DNA of 63,532 nt, filler included, from Asterionella formosa (Eukaryota): the NCBI GenBank assembly GCA_002256025.1. It is 3 parts of 3 records of this genome, joined end to end, with 100 filler letters (N's around TTAATTAATTAA, not from the genome) between each part and the next. Parts side by side here need not be neighbours in the genome. Positions count along the whole stretch, not along the records: positions 30,837 to 61,501 come from NKIB01000823.1; 2 more parts are not named here. One strand, given 5' to 3'. Each line of letters begins with the position of its first letter. Position 1 is the first letter of the stretch. The notes below the pieces were generated by a model. That model saw nothing but the letters and a program-made list of their open reading frames with translations, was not told where the DNA came from and searched no databases. Both the position numbers and the translations under genes were made by a program. This document shows, one piece after another, positions 36,050 to 47,936 of this stretch.

Positions 36050-36700
36050 TTTTGTATTTCAGTTGGGATATTCATTCCTGAGTACTCACTGTGAATCCTT
36101 GTCCCGTTTGCTATCAGAGTTGCATTGATAGCTAATAAATGTCTCGATTTATTTAGTAGACCACCATCTTGCTCCGTCCTGTGACCTTGCAAGAAAGTGT
36201 TGGCTAATTTGTCTACCTTCAAATTCATTGCGGCTTCATATGATATAGGTTTATATAGAAGGTCGTCCTGATGGTCTTTGATCCCCCTAATATCGTGGTG
36301 ATTGGTAGCTTTTTGATCAAGTTCGAAATCGGTGAGACTATGTCTGCATTTGCGGGAGGTCTACTGGAGTGCCTTGTCCATGCTAAAAAATTTTAGCCTT
36401 GCTAGGGAGGCAGTGCTGTCACTCCAGATGTGTACCACTGAATCGGTGTCAATCTTATGAAAATAAATAAATATGGTGCGAAAAAGTAGACTTGATGCAA
36501 TTCCAAACAATTCCGCTCAGATGGAGCTATTTGTGTTATTTGCTCCTCTGTCCCTGGGCCTGAACAAACTACCACTGTGCTCTTCGTTGTTTGGCGAAGT
36601 CTAGATAAGTTAAGGCACCAACCAAAGGAGCATCGACCATCTGATGTCCCGCCCAGTTGAAGGTGACAGATGAGTCTCTCTTTTTCTGATTGTGCCATTC
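36050..36700 (-). mobile_element. Decayed non-LTR retrotransposon fragment (RNase H domain)
   Basis: Ordered RNase H motifs across frameshifts: GGTSDGRCSFGW, NSSI*AELFGI, IWSDSTAS, IKDHQDD, EAAMNLKVDKLAN. Confidence 0.7.
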
Positions 36701-37753
36701 ATAGGTGTTCCCCTAGCAGTCTCAAGTGATAACAATGTGGAAGCGCCACTTGCATATCATTAAAATGGAGGTATCCCCCTGGTGCATTCTCCTCTTTTAT
36801 TATTTGTCTATATTGTATTCTCCCTGTAGTCAGCAGATCGCATAGACAACTTCCCAGTGGTGGAATACTTTTCCTATGCTCTCAATCCCTTTCTGCAGTC
36901 AAACTTTAATCGATTTGGCTGGATAGAGAGATGTTTCTGTGCATTGACCATGTTTTTCTACTCCAGAAATATAGCCAAAGCATCTTTGTGGGGATGTGTA
37001 TTTTCTTATTCCATTACATTAATGGTTCTGAATGATGCCAGCTTCCCAGTTTTTCTTCAAATGCCTGAGCTTCTTTGATCCTTGTGTGATCAGATGCTTA
37101 TTTATTGCATCATTCCAGTCTTGTTTTTGCATATCTTGAGACCAGCCAACTATTGCTTCTCAAAAAAATTGCGGAAATCGAACCTCACAACTAAGCCATT
37201 CCCTTTAATTTTAGAGATAGTACACTTGCTAATATATATTTATGCATGAGCTCTCATCAGTGAAGCATCCATGAGTGGACTTGCCTAGTATCATCTTGAA
37301 GGGATAGTATGTACAGAGAGCATGACACCTAGCTAGTAGTAGGCGGGAGACTTGTTCACAGAGTGGTTACCTGGCACAATCATCTCAAATTAAAGCAGCA
37401 AGTGCTCAGGTGATGACAGTCATTGATACTGAAAGGGCTGGGCACCTAGAGATAATGCATCATCCCGAAATCAACAAGAAACAAACATCTACCGACAATA
37501 TTCTTTTATGAAATTGCCAAGAGCGAAACTGGCCCAAACCATTGCAAACTGTGACATGCAAGTGTGAAGTCACTCCTCAGTCTCCAAGTACTATAGGGGC
37601 ACAATAAGCCAAAACAAATCTATACGACAGATGCCAGTGCATCAGAAACTTCTCCAAGAATCAAGCCAAATTGATTGGAATTCCATTTGAAATTAAAAAC
37701 AACGCTATAAATTATTTAATATGCATCTAGCAGCTATGAACCAAATAACTGGT

Positions 37754-39238
37754 TCATTTTCGCTTCTGCAACTCTGACAATAAGTTATCGAAGAGATCTG
37801 CTGGAGGCGCATCCTTTGATCTTTCCAGATGACTGGGCAACAATGCATTATCCTGGATGGAACGAAAACGCCCCGTCAACACATAGTCAATGTGCCGACA
37901 TAGTGTCTCTATGTTGGGTCCCTTACCAGCGCAGAAGGAGGTGGCCTTGGCGAGCAGTATTGATGCCATATCCCACGTGGAAAGAATAATTTCTCGGAGC
38001 GAGGATTCAATTTGTGCTTGTGCTGAATAACTCGACGATGGGGATGAAAGCGAAGAGGGCTGCTGTACAGTCGTGGTTCGAGAATTCTCAGTTGGCAATC
38101 TAGCAGCTATATGTCGACAGATTTCCTTGTACTCACTCACTTCCAATGACCAACGCAGAAATTCTTGGCTTTTCAAAGAGCGCGCTCTCCTGACACTTCT
38201 CGCCATGGCTTCATCTTGACAAATTAGTTCAGCGTGGTCGAGTATGTTGTTTTCATGACATTCAACGATGCGATCTGCCAAGCATTGGATCCAACGGAGC
38301 TGTAAATTTTTCGAGGATGCTCGAAATACATGGGAGATTCCATGTTCAGAAACAACTTCCAGAGCATGTGGTAATCGTTGCAAGGCCGTATAATTGTCCA
38401 ACAACAAGGCCCTAGTGAGCTTTATTCTGGAATGGTTTGCCGTGCCATGTTTCACTCGAGTAATATACCATAGATAGTCTTCCGTAAGGACACAATGCAC
38501 TCGTTTCCATACATGTGGATCTTTGTTACTTTGTTTGAGCAAAAATCCTGAGACACAGTGATGATCGAGGGTGCATCGATAGTGAGCCAGTTGCTGGCAT
38601 CGTCGTACCTGAGTCTGGTGCCGAGCGGTCGATTTCGTTGAAGTCAGTTGTTCTGATCTCCACGGCATTCCCACTTCTTCTTCCCCTTCTTCTTCACTAG
38701 CATCACTATCTGTATCATCATTTTGTTCGTTGTTTTCTTCCATATCAGTACAGTATCCCTCCAAGTTGACACTACTCGGAATATTGGAGAGCGGGTCGGC
38801 GGGTACGAAGAACCACTGCAGTTTGGGTGCAATGAAGCTGTTCCTGCTGGAAACAGAATCCTGCTCTTGCTCTTTTTGTTTTAAATAAATCAGCATTTCG
38901 TCTCTTACTTGAAGTGGATTATCGTCGTCTCGCAGCGTTCGGACAATGTGCATCGGTTCCTGCTTGTTGCTGTGCGCCGCTTCATGCGGCTGTTCGTGTT
39001 CAAAGACAATGGGCTTGTGTTGAAACATAGTGCCCACTAAAACGAGGGCATCGGTAGGTCCAGCCGTGAGTTTCAACGACTGCCGGAGCACCTTCGTGAC
39101 GTCTACTGTCTTGGCGGCATCGGACAATCGAAGCGCAGCACTTGTGGTGATTAAATCTCGTTTAGATTCTCCGTTCCAGTGCTGCCAATGAATGCGGTGG
39201 GATTCTTGACGAATTGCTGGCTTGGCTGCACTGCTCAT
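37754..39238 (-). CDS. PH-domain protein (possible N-terminal RA/ubiquitin-like domain)
   Basis: SGFLLKQSNKDPHVWKRVHCVLTEDYLWY...HVFRASSKNLQLRWIQCL. Confidence 0.85.
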   Translation of the reverse strand: MSSAAKPAIRQESHRIHWQHWNGESKRDLITTSAALRLSDAAKTVDVTKVLRQSLKLTAGPTDALVLVGTMFQHKPIVFEHEQPHEAAHSNKQEPMHIVRTLRDDDNPLQVRDEMLIYLKQKEQEQDSVSSRNSFIAPKLQWFFVPADPLSNIPSSVNLEGYCTDMEENNEQNDDTDSDASEEEGEEEVGMPWRSEQLTSTKSTARHQTQVRRCQQLAHYRCTLDHHCVSGFLLKQSNKDPHVWKRVHCVLTEDYLWYITRVKHGTANHSRIKLTRALLLDNYTALQRLPHALEVVSEHGISHVFRASSKNLQLRWIQCLADRIVECHENNILDHAELICQDEAMARSVRRARSLKSQEFLRWSLEVSEYKEICRHIAARLPTENSRTTTVQQPSSLSSPSSSYSAQAQIESSLREIILSTWDMASILLAKATSFCAGKGPNIETLCRHIDYVLTGRFRSIQDNALLPSHLERSKDAPPADLFDNLLSELQKRK

Positions 39239-39913
39239 GCCGGCAGTAGAGAGTTTGCAGCCAGCAAGTGGCGGATGAGATTCAGGAATACCGGTGTATT
39301 AAATATGGCAACGGAGGAGGGATTCTTGCTGTCAAACCCGCTTTGATCATAAATAATTATTTACATTAGTTTAATAATTATTCATCCTCTTGATGCATCA
39401 TCATAAAATATTATAAATTGGGTTTCATCTACCGTACTGTGTACTACAGCTATTATCAATTATCATAGTCACCGGTAGGCTACCAGTAAAATAAACACTT
39501 CGCTTAGCAGCAGTAGAAATGGGGGGGGGTTTCGTACAGCAAGCAGCACAAATACAACTAGACTTAGTATTTCATCATCACAATATATATGATAAATTAA
39601 AATAATTTTGTCCTACATAATAGCATTACAGTACAATGTAGATACCATACTCTACGCGCTAAAAATTTTGGCAATCGTTTTACCGGGTAGCAGGTAAACC
39701 TTGAAGTAAATTTCAATTGCCCCCAAATTGGTTACCATTAGTATACCACCGATGTATTCATACAGGCATATCTACTGTCTACCGGTATTCATTATTTGAA
39801 TGATGTGCATCGATGCTGAAGCCATATGAAACTTTGACTAGCTTGGATGGGTTTCAGATGAGCAATGGCAATGCATAATACCGGCATTTAGTTTTGCATG
39901 ACGGAGGAACATC

Positions 39914-42430
39914 ATGACTGTCACGACAGCAGAACGATCATACAGAAAGCATCAAAGCAGAGCGACATGTATACTCCAGCTGTCGCTCCTTCTGATATCC
40001 ATATTTCATATCACAAGAGCACTATCGCCTCTATCGAATACGTGTCGGATAGGACCACACAACAAGCAACGATCCCTTTTCATGGTAGATCCAAGTAACG
40101 AATTATTATCCAATGTATCTCTCAACAAGAGACTGGAGAAATATGGTTTTTCGAAGCGACTTGTAAGCATTGAAGCTTCCGACCTGCCAGTGGTAGCTGA
40201 AGTCCACCATGAGGGAAAATGGAGTCTAGGCAAAATTATTTGCTTTCAGCTGCCTACAAGACAGGGAAATCCCCCAAGAGTTCAAGTTCGTCTTGAAGAA
40301 GACAAGGATCCTATAACGATGGACTTTGGGCAAATCACAACCATATGGCGGACAGTCCCATCGAAAATCGCACCTAACTGGAGAAAACTCATGGAAACTG
40401 AACTGGATCGATTCCCTGGCTGGCATGCTGATCACGTCATGCTGCAACTTTATTCCGACGTTGATAATCAGAAAAGTGGTGGAGGTGGACTGACCAAAAG
40501 GGCGGTTTCACAAATCATAGAGAGCACTCCCGAGGAAGAACGCGTGCACACGGAGCAAGTTCTTCGAAAACTAGTCAAGACTGGCAAGGGAATGGCACGA
40601 TTGGTCGACTCGTCGGTGGCAGCAGCCTACCTTTTTACGAATAATGACAATTGGGTGCATCAAGCGGTGGGTGGGCATGTATTGGCAATGGACTCGGAGC
40701 TTGGTGGACGTTTCAAACGAATGTCCTGTACGGCCGTATCATTCCAGTTGGTTGGGGACAGTGACAATATTCAAAGCGTTTCCTTCGTCAACGGAGGCTG
40801 GCTCGTCCTGGACCAAGGCGTGAGGGCAGGAACAGAAGCTCGGAAGTTTGCAGAGCGTACTGATGGCCCTCTTCGGACAGTTGCGGATGAGCGCATTGCA
40901 CATCGTCTCGAATGCCTCGCCATGGGGCAAGTATTTGCAAGCACACAAATGGACGAGGAAAATGACCGGGAATTGGAGTTAGATGTGCGCGAAGCCCTCA
41001 AGGCGTTGGACCTTCCAATATCACCTTCTGGGGCTCAAGATGCTCTGTTGAGAATTGGGAGATGGACAAAAGTCAGTAAAAATATCAAGATTGAACCATG
41101 GTCGAAAGATACATTGGATGCAGCTTCATGGTACGCCAATATGGATGCAGAAAGGCGAACTTCTTTCAAAGACACACAAAATGACCAAATAGAGGGGCGC
41201 CTGGATCTAACAAAAATCCCTTGCGTCTGCATAGATGCTGAACGAACTGCTTTCCGTGACGATGCTATTGGGATCAGGCCTCGGGCCATGACTGGGCGGA
41301 ATGTTGACGAGGAAGCTTCAAAGTGGGAAGTCATGGTTCACATTGCAGATGTCTCTGATATCTACACAAGTCATAAATATTCACGGTATACAAGCTTGCT
41401 GCAGGAGGCTGCGACGAACCGAGGAATGAGTCGATATGACCTGCCGTTAGGACCGCTCCACTTGTTGCCTCCAGTGGCACTCAGAGCTTTATCGCTTCAC
41501 ACAATCAAGGCTGACTCTTTTGTGCCAAAGAGCAAGACTACAGGTGTCAATCGATGCGTGACTCTGTGGGCCTACATCAATGAAAGGACTGGCAAAATTA
41601 TTGATGCTGGTGTCGAGCGAACTTTGGTTTCCCTTCCAATAGCACTTTCATTTTCCGAGGCCACAGCTTTACTTGAAACAAATCCACAACTTGACCCTCG
41701 CGAACCTCTAATGCTTGCCCGCTCAATTATCTCTGTGGCAGATCGAATCCTTTCTGGTTGGACATCATATCAGACTCAGAACAACTCAAGTGCTAAGAAA
41801 CGAGAGGACCGTCTTGCTGTTCGTGAACTAGTGGCGAACGAGTATCAGCATCAAGGATCCCGTCGCGACGATGGTAGTAATGGTTTCCAACGATCACGGG
41901 GGCATCGACTCGTCGATGCAGTTCTTGACTTGCATGGATTCACATTGTTGGGACTGTTGCGAAAGTCAAAGGCACCAATTCCCATGGCATCAGGTACCAA
42001 GGATGGAGGTAGAGTAGGCACGGCCCCTCTCCGCCGTTTTGTTGATGGAATGGTGCAACGGCAAGCTCTTTCGGTCCTTTGCAACTTTGGAGGCCCACCA
42101 CTTACAACGGATGATTGTCAGGTAGTGAATGAACAGATGGATCAAGCCCGCAATATGTATTCCAATTTCTCCGCTACTAAGGGTCGAATGGTCCCTACTC
42201 AAACTGAGTCATTGCGAGCACTCCAATCTCATTTGGTTGACAGGTCATCCCACATCCTGTCGGCACTGAGCACGGGGAGAGAAAATGAAGTAGTGATTGA
42301 AGGTATTGGTGCAATTGCAAAATGCCAAGGTGTGAAAGGGTCCTTAAAGCCTGGAGAGAAAGTGAGTGTTACAGTCACCAAGCTCAATGCTGAAAAAGGT
42401 GTTCTGATAGTTACCTTTGTCTCCAAGTAA
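39914..42430 (+). CDS. RNB-domain (RNase II/R family) exoribonuclease, probably plastid-targeted
   Basis: CIDAERTAFRDDAIG, VHIADVS and TAPLRRFVD motifs, C-terminal S1-like strands, N-terminal signal peptide. Confidence 0.85.
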   Translation: MTVTTAERSYRKHQSRATCILQLSLLLISIFHITRALSPLSNTCRIGPHNKQRSLFMVDPSNELLSNVSLNKRLEKYGFSKRLVSIEASDLPVVAEVHHEGKWSLGKIICFQLPTRQGNPPRVQVRLEEDKDPITMDFGQITTIWRTVPSKIAPNWRKLMETELDRFPGWHADHVMLQLYSDVDNQKSGGGGLTKRAVSQIIESTPEEERVHTEQVLRKLVKTGKGMARLVDSSVAAAYLFTNNDNWVHQAVGGHVLAMDSELGGRFKRMSCTAVSFQLVGDSDNIQSVSFVNGGWLVLDQGVRAGTEARKFAERTDGPLRTVADERIAHRLECLAMGQVFASTQMDEENDRELELDVREALKALDLPISPSGAQDALLRIGRWTKVSKNIKIEPWSKDTLDAASWYANMDAERRTSFKDTQNDQIEGRLDLTKIPCVCIDAERTAFRDDAIGIRPRAMTGRNVDEEASKWEVMVHIADVSDIYTSHKYSRYTSLLQEAATNRGMSRYDLPLGPLHLLPPVALRALSLHTIKADSFVPKSKTTGVNRCVTLWAYINERTGKIIDAGVERTLVSLPIALSFSEATALLETNPQLDPREPLMLARSIISVADRILSGWTSYQTQNNSSAKKREDRLAVRELVANEYQHQGSRRDDGSNGFQRSRGHRLVDAVLDLHGFTLLGLLRKSKAPIPMASGTKDGGRVGTAPLRRFVDGMVQRQALSVLCNFGGPPLTTDDCQVVNEQMDQARNMYSNFSATKGRMVPTQTESLRALQSHLVDRSSHILSALSTGRENEVVIEGIGAIAKCQGVKGSLKPGEKVSVTVTKLNAEKGVLIVTFVSK

Positions 42431-43114
42431 CAAGAAGGTGGGACCTTGCTAATTCCAAAGCTAAGGTAACTTGAGCTTGAGTAGAACAGTGATGAGCTTG
42501 AGTGTACCTAATATCTTGTTACAGTTGCTTACACCTACCAATAGATTATTACCTGCATGCAGGTTCCACAAATGTATATAAATAAGTAAAATCTCATCGG
42601 GATGCTTCACAAGCAAGTCAGATATGTTTCAAATCATTGTTACCAAGGAACCAGTACCTGGTACCAGGTACTCGGAGTAACAGCAAGATGCGGTCATTTT
42701 GCTTAAAAAAAACAATTTAATTTCGGATAAAAACAGCTACCGTACCCGGTAAATTTTAGTTTTAGCACAATTATCGCAACCACTTGCCGGTCGTACCTAG
42801 CTTTGTACACCAAACATGGCTGAGGAGTTCGATCGAAGAATTGTGTACCGGTATATGTATGAAAGCATACAGTCGTGATTTTATGGTATACGAGCATATA
42901 TCATTGCTGCCTTCTTCGAAATTCTTGGATTCCCTCCGAGCATACCGATGTACATAGATAGGAATTGGGATATAGAAATCAGTATTGTAGACTGAACGTA
43001 AGGCCTATACTGTGTTTGTTGATGGAAATTCTTGATGGGATTGACGGACGACCATTTGAATGAGCCAAAAACAGCTCACAATTCTTTGAAAAAGCGAAAA
43101 AGCCCCGACACAAC

Positions 43115-43795
43115 ATGCTAACACGCAATCCATTTTATCCTCTCTACGATAGCAACGGCTATTATCACAGCCCTTCCTACAATGATCGATTTTATTACCA
43201 ACAGATGAAACAGCGCGAAGCAGAAGCAGTCAGACGAGCAGAGATGCAGCGCTACCAGAAACATAAGGAAGTAGAGGACCGTCGAAGCAAGGCTGCTATA
43301 AGGCGACTTGAGATGGAAGAGGAAGAAAATCTTCGAAAAGCTGAAATTCAGAGAATGAAAGAGGCGAAACTTTACCAACGCCATCTTGATTTAAAAAGGC
43401 AACGTCGTCAACAGGACGAAGTCAACCGTCGAGCAACGATTGCCCGATCTCAGAAACAGCAACAGGAGAAAGTCGAGGGAAAACAGTGGACCCTTTTGCG
43501 AGGCCTCGATGGTAGGCTTTATAGAGTCGCATTGAAAAACAAGGATGAAACAGACTCGGACTCTGAAGAAACGGTACCAATTTCAAACAAATGCATGGCA
43601 GCACCATCTGAGGTATTCAAGCCAGTAGTACAGTCGTCACCCATTCGTGAAATTCCAAAAAAGAAGCGTTCTCGAAAAGTGACTGTCTTGGTGGAGGATG
43701 CATCCGACGACGAAAGTGAACATGACAGCTTCAAGTCAGTTTGGCACAATCGTCGGCCATCTCCTGGGCAATGGATGGAACCAGTAGACTTCTGA
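43115..43795 (+). CDS. Hypothetical coiled-coil protein of a diatom-type family
   Basis: 226-aa ORF with RGLDGRLYRV and C-terminal VEDASDDE..SVWHNRRPSPGQWMEPV. Confidence 0.8.
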   Translation: MLTRNPFYPLYDSNGYYHSPSYNDRFYYQQMKQREAEAVRRAEMQRYQKHKEVEDRRSKAAIRRLEMEEEENLRKAEIQRMKEAKLYQRHLDLKRQRRQQDEVNRRATIARSQKQQQEKVEGKQWTLLRGLDGRLYRVALKNKDETDSDSEETVPISNKCMAAPSEVFKPVVQSSPIREIPKKKRSRKVTVLVEDASDDESEHDSFKSVWHNRRPSPGQWMEPVDF

Positions 43796-44021
43796 GATGG
43801 TCAAGGTTTACCAGATTAGAGTAGCAAAGCTTAATATTTCTAGAAGACACAGTCTATCAGTATTATTTGCATCAGTTGTTTCCATTCGATCCATGCTGAT
43901 TCAATTCATATTCCCGTTCGTCGCAGCTCTTCTTTAAAGTATATATCCTTTGAAATCTATAAACAGCTTCAAGTACAAATCAAGTACAGACGAAATTACT
44001 TTGATCATGTTAACACAAATA

Positions 44022-45720
44022 CTAAAGCTCCTCGGCTGATTTCAGTAGGTCGGCATGTACTCGTTCAACGGTTGGTACACAAGAAAAATAAGCACCTTGG
44101 GAAGTAGATATAATTTTCTTCATACCTCTTAACTCAATAATCACGTAGCCTTGCATAAATAGCACAGCAAGCATCAATATCTTTGTCAACAGTGGAGTTC
44201 CACCTCCACCACCTTCTGTCTGCAACTCTGGTTCTCCCCATTTCACACTGGCCCTCCTTTGTGAGACAGAAATAAGTGAGAGTCTGGCAGATATACTCTT
44301 TACCATGGACTGTCGCAACGAGCTGCGCTTATCCATGCCTTGTTCCAGCAGCAGGAGAGCAGCCTCCATCATAGCATGTTGCTGCTGAAATCCCTTCAAG
44401 AATTCCCGTTTGGTCGTGTTGGTAATAATCGACCGAAACATGGTTGATTTCACAAATCGAATATCAAACTCCATCACGATTCGAACGCCATATGTAGTAG
44501 ATGGCTCCACTAAGATACGATCCGTTACAAAGAAGCAGTCGGCCATTGGAACATCGTCGACAAAGGTATCCGTTTCAAGCGAAATTCCGAACTCTCCAAA
44601 ACGTCGGTATCGCTGCTCTTTTCTAGCACGAGCTTCGGGAGGGGCGAGGGGAGCGTTGATGGGGTGAGAATATTCAATGGTCCGTTTGAAAAGATTTTCG
44701 CCAACTTTTGTCCAGGTGGAGGTTGACATGTCTTTATCTCCATTACCCTCCATAAATCGTTGAACCGAGTGGGGAGCATCATCGGAATAAAACACCTTGA
44801 AAAATGTATCCAAGTCGCAAGGTAGTTCGCCGCCCTGAATAGATACGTACAGGAAGACATGTAAGAAAAAATTCATCATGCATCGCTAAAGACAACCATC
44901 ACAACATATTCACCTTAATTGCAACTTCAGAGTAGCTTTTTTGCTTGCTCTTTTGATCGTTCAACTCCATCCAGGCCGCTTCAAGGTCAGTAAAAATATC
45001 GACATCCTTCTCCAATATATCCACTTCTGGTGCAAGGCGCCGTTCGGATAGGACTCGTACATCATCCATTTGGGCAATAGTTGCAGCTGCCATATATGCC
45101 GCTTCTGCCGGAGCAAGACTTTCCTGTTCACGTTTCATTAATGGCTCTGTGCTCATACGACGGTAACTAGCTCTGACCGCTGTCTGCAGTGGTGTCAGGA
45201 GAGGTCGATCTTGAATGGATTCGCTGTGTAAGCTCTTCAAGGTGGCCCATACTCGATCGGCTTGCATAATACCAGTAAAATCGTAAGCGACATCTTGTTG
45301 GTCAACAATGCGAATGACCCCCATGTCAGTCTTCTGAACGCTTTTGATATCAGACCACATCAAAATAAAGGTATTTTTGAAAAAGAAAAGTCGGCCATCA
45401 AACGAGAGCGCCACTGTGCCAGCACAAAGAGTTCCTTGAACAAATTTGTAAACACAGGGGTACTCACCCGAGATGACTCCAATAACGGACGAAGTCGTAT
45501 CAATCGAGGGCAGCGGATTTCCCCGTTTCGCATGTTCTAGCACGGGTGGTTTCAGCTCGTCGTCGTTCCCTTTGTCTTCGTTCAGCTCCTCTGGTTTCAG
45601 CTCGTTGTTCTCTATTTCTTTTTCCTCCTCCTTCTCCTCCTCTGGTTTCAGGTCTTCTTTCCCTTCCTTCTCCTCTGGGAGAAGGATAACTTCTACACTC
45701 GTGAGCACTTGATCCGACAT
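44022..45720 (-). CDS. GRAM + VASt (Lam/Aster-like sterol transfer) protein with C-terminal TM, 2 exons 45720-44914 + 44834-44022
   Basis: GRAM-like segment (F..WSDIKSVQK) and VASt motifs (DVPMADCFFV, FVKSTMFRSII); GT-AG intron 44913-44835 in frame. Confidence 0.85.
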
Positions 45721-46240
45721 TCAAATAATATGCTGTGTAAATGGAAAGTGTCAATAAAAATTAATGTCTTGTTTTTTATTCATACATAGATGCGTATGCC
45801 GGTAGCATGTGATGCAACAACAAGAAGGTTTGTCTCAGTCTTGTATAGTAAAAGCTGATACCGGTACTCGTTTACGATTTTTATGTACAGTACCTGGTAC
45901 CAGGGTACCAGGTACTGTAAATAGTTGGTTACTGTTTTGGTGCATACCGGTACCGGTATACCGGTTCCATGATCATTTTGAGAACGCGAGCAGTATGTAT
46001 AGTACATGTACGATAGGATGACATGTTTATGTATTCGTATATATATATAATAACTTAATTCTGATGAAAGCTACATAGAAAGCAACAAAGTAATTTCCGG
46101 CAGTATGCTGAATAGCTACAGCCCTATCGGTATATTAATTTATTATACAATTTATCTAATAACAACAACAACAACAACAACAACAAATACAAATAAAGCA
46201 AAAAAGCAAGAACTGACCAGGGACAATACTTTCCAAAATC

Positions 46241-47230
46241 ATGAATGACGAGGCTGTTGACGAGTACAAACAAGACCCTTCTAACGAAGGAACGATGGAG
46301 GACAAGAAAAGACCTGCCGTTAAAATCACGCCAGACAATGAAGTAGCCAAAGAGGCTCCAAAGGCAGAAGAACAGTCCGACGAAGATGACAAAAAGGCAT
46401 CACGTCAAGTCGACCAAGGAGAAGGTTCGCCTCGACCCAATGACGTCCAGTTACCTAACAATGATAGCACAACAAAATCCGAAACTACTATCTCAAATCA
46501 TCTGCCCACTCAACCCATCAAAAAGGCCAGAACAGCTTATTTTATCTTTGCTGACGAGAAGCGACAAGAGATACAAAAAAGGGTACGACAATTCTGAATT
46601 CTACAAAGGAAGCGTTGAAGGTGGTTCGGTTTCTCTCTAACACCATCGATACTTTTCCTACAGCATCCCGGAGAGGGCGTCGGAATCATTGCACGCGAAA
46701 CTGGGCAACTCTGGGCCCAACTAGACGAAGCCGCCAAGGCTGAGTACCATGTCAAATCTGCCCAAGAACGCGAGCGCGTTTCACAAGAATTGGCAAAGTA
46801 TAATTTGGACAATGTAGAATTGGACTTGCCTACTCTCTCAGACCGAGACTTGAACACGTTGATTTTCCCATTAGCCAGGCTCCGGAAAATTACAAAACTG
46901 GATCCTGATGTGAAGGGTGTGTCGAAGGAAGCACTGCTATTAATTACGAAATGCGCAGAAATGATGACATCTAAATTGGGTCAAGAGAGTGTCAAGGTGG
47001 CGCAGCTTCAAAACCGACGTAAACTTCTTCCAGAAGATGTGGCGCAAGTGTGTGCGACCAGGGAACAGTTTTTGTTTCTGCGAGAAGATGTCAAGGATTT
47101 GTTGAAGGAACAACATTTGGGTAATAAAAAGGCATTGGAAATGAAAAAGGGGGAAGCTGCAGGTCTAACTTTGGATTCTTCATCCAAGCCACTGACTGAT
47201 TACTTCGGAGCTAGTAGTAGTAGAAGTTAA
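46241..47230 (+). CDS. HMG-box + histone-fold (NF-YC/Dpb3/CHRAC-like) protein, 2 exons 46241-46582 + 46664-47230
   Basis: HMG: IKKARTAYFIFADEKRQEIQKR|HPGEGVGIIARETGQLWAQL. Histone fold: FPLARLRKITKLDPDVKGVSKEALLLITKCAE..QFLFL. Confidence 0.88.
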
Positions 47231-47936
47231 GAAATGAAGTCTGTGATGTACAGGTCATTTACAAAATCGTACCAACATGCATGTACCGGCTTGCTGCCGG
47301 TAACGGTACCCTGGTAGTTCCTTAAGACTTGGAGAGTGTACATTGCACCTGCATACGATATGTACGGTACTTCTATTCGCTGTTCTCAGTAGTCTACTAC
47401 CGCTAGATACAATTACACATTGCTATTAATATATTAGAGGTTTTAAAGGAGAATTCAAGATACCAGGGTAGTCTATGTTGTCCATCAATATAGGTTGTCC
47501 TCTAATACAACTCAACCTTTCATGGCCTAAAAGGAGATTGTATATCTATAGTTAAATAGTATATAGATTTCTTCAAGAGATAATGTAAATCCCTTCACCG
47601 TAGTGTAAGGGTAATAGTGCCAGAGCAATTGGCAGTGGCAAAAAATTATCACATGCATATGTATGTATAGCTGTGTCTTATAACCCACCATCGGAGCGAG
47701 GGGAGGAAGGAGCGCGCCAAAAAATTATTTTTTTGGGAATACCAGGTACTAACCGCGAGTGCTAAGAAATGTAGTACCGGTACTGGTACCAGGGATAGCT
47801 AACAAAGAAACTCATCGACGAAACTTCTCTCAACATCAAACCCATACATCAAGAAAAAACCGTACCGGTATACACCTTTACTCAACAGAACAAGAACATC
47901 AAGCAGCTTATTATTCGCCATTATCCACGACAAAGA

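Noticed and set aside
46158..46186. (CAA)n microsatellite; also (GTGCT)n near 57820
   Set aside because: Ordinary simple sequence repeats
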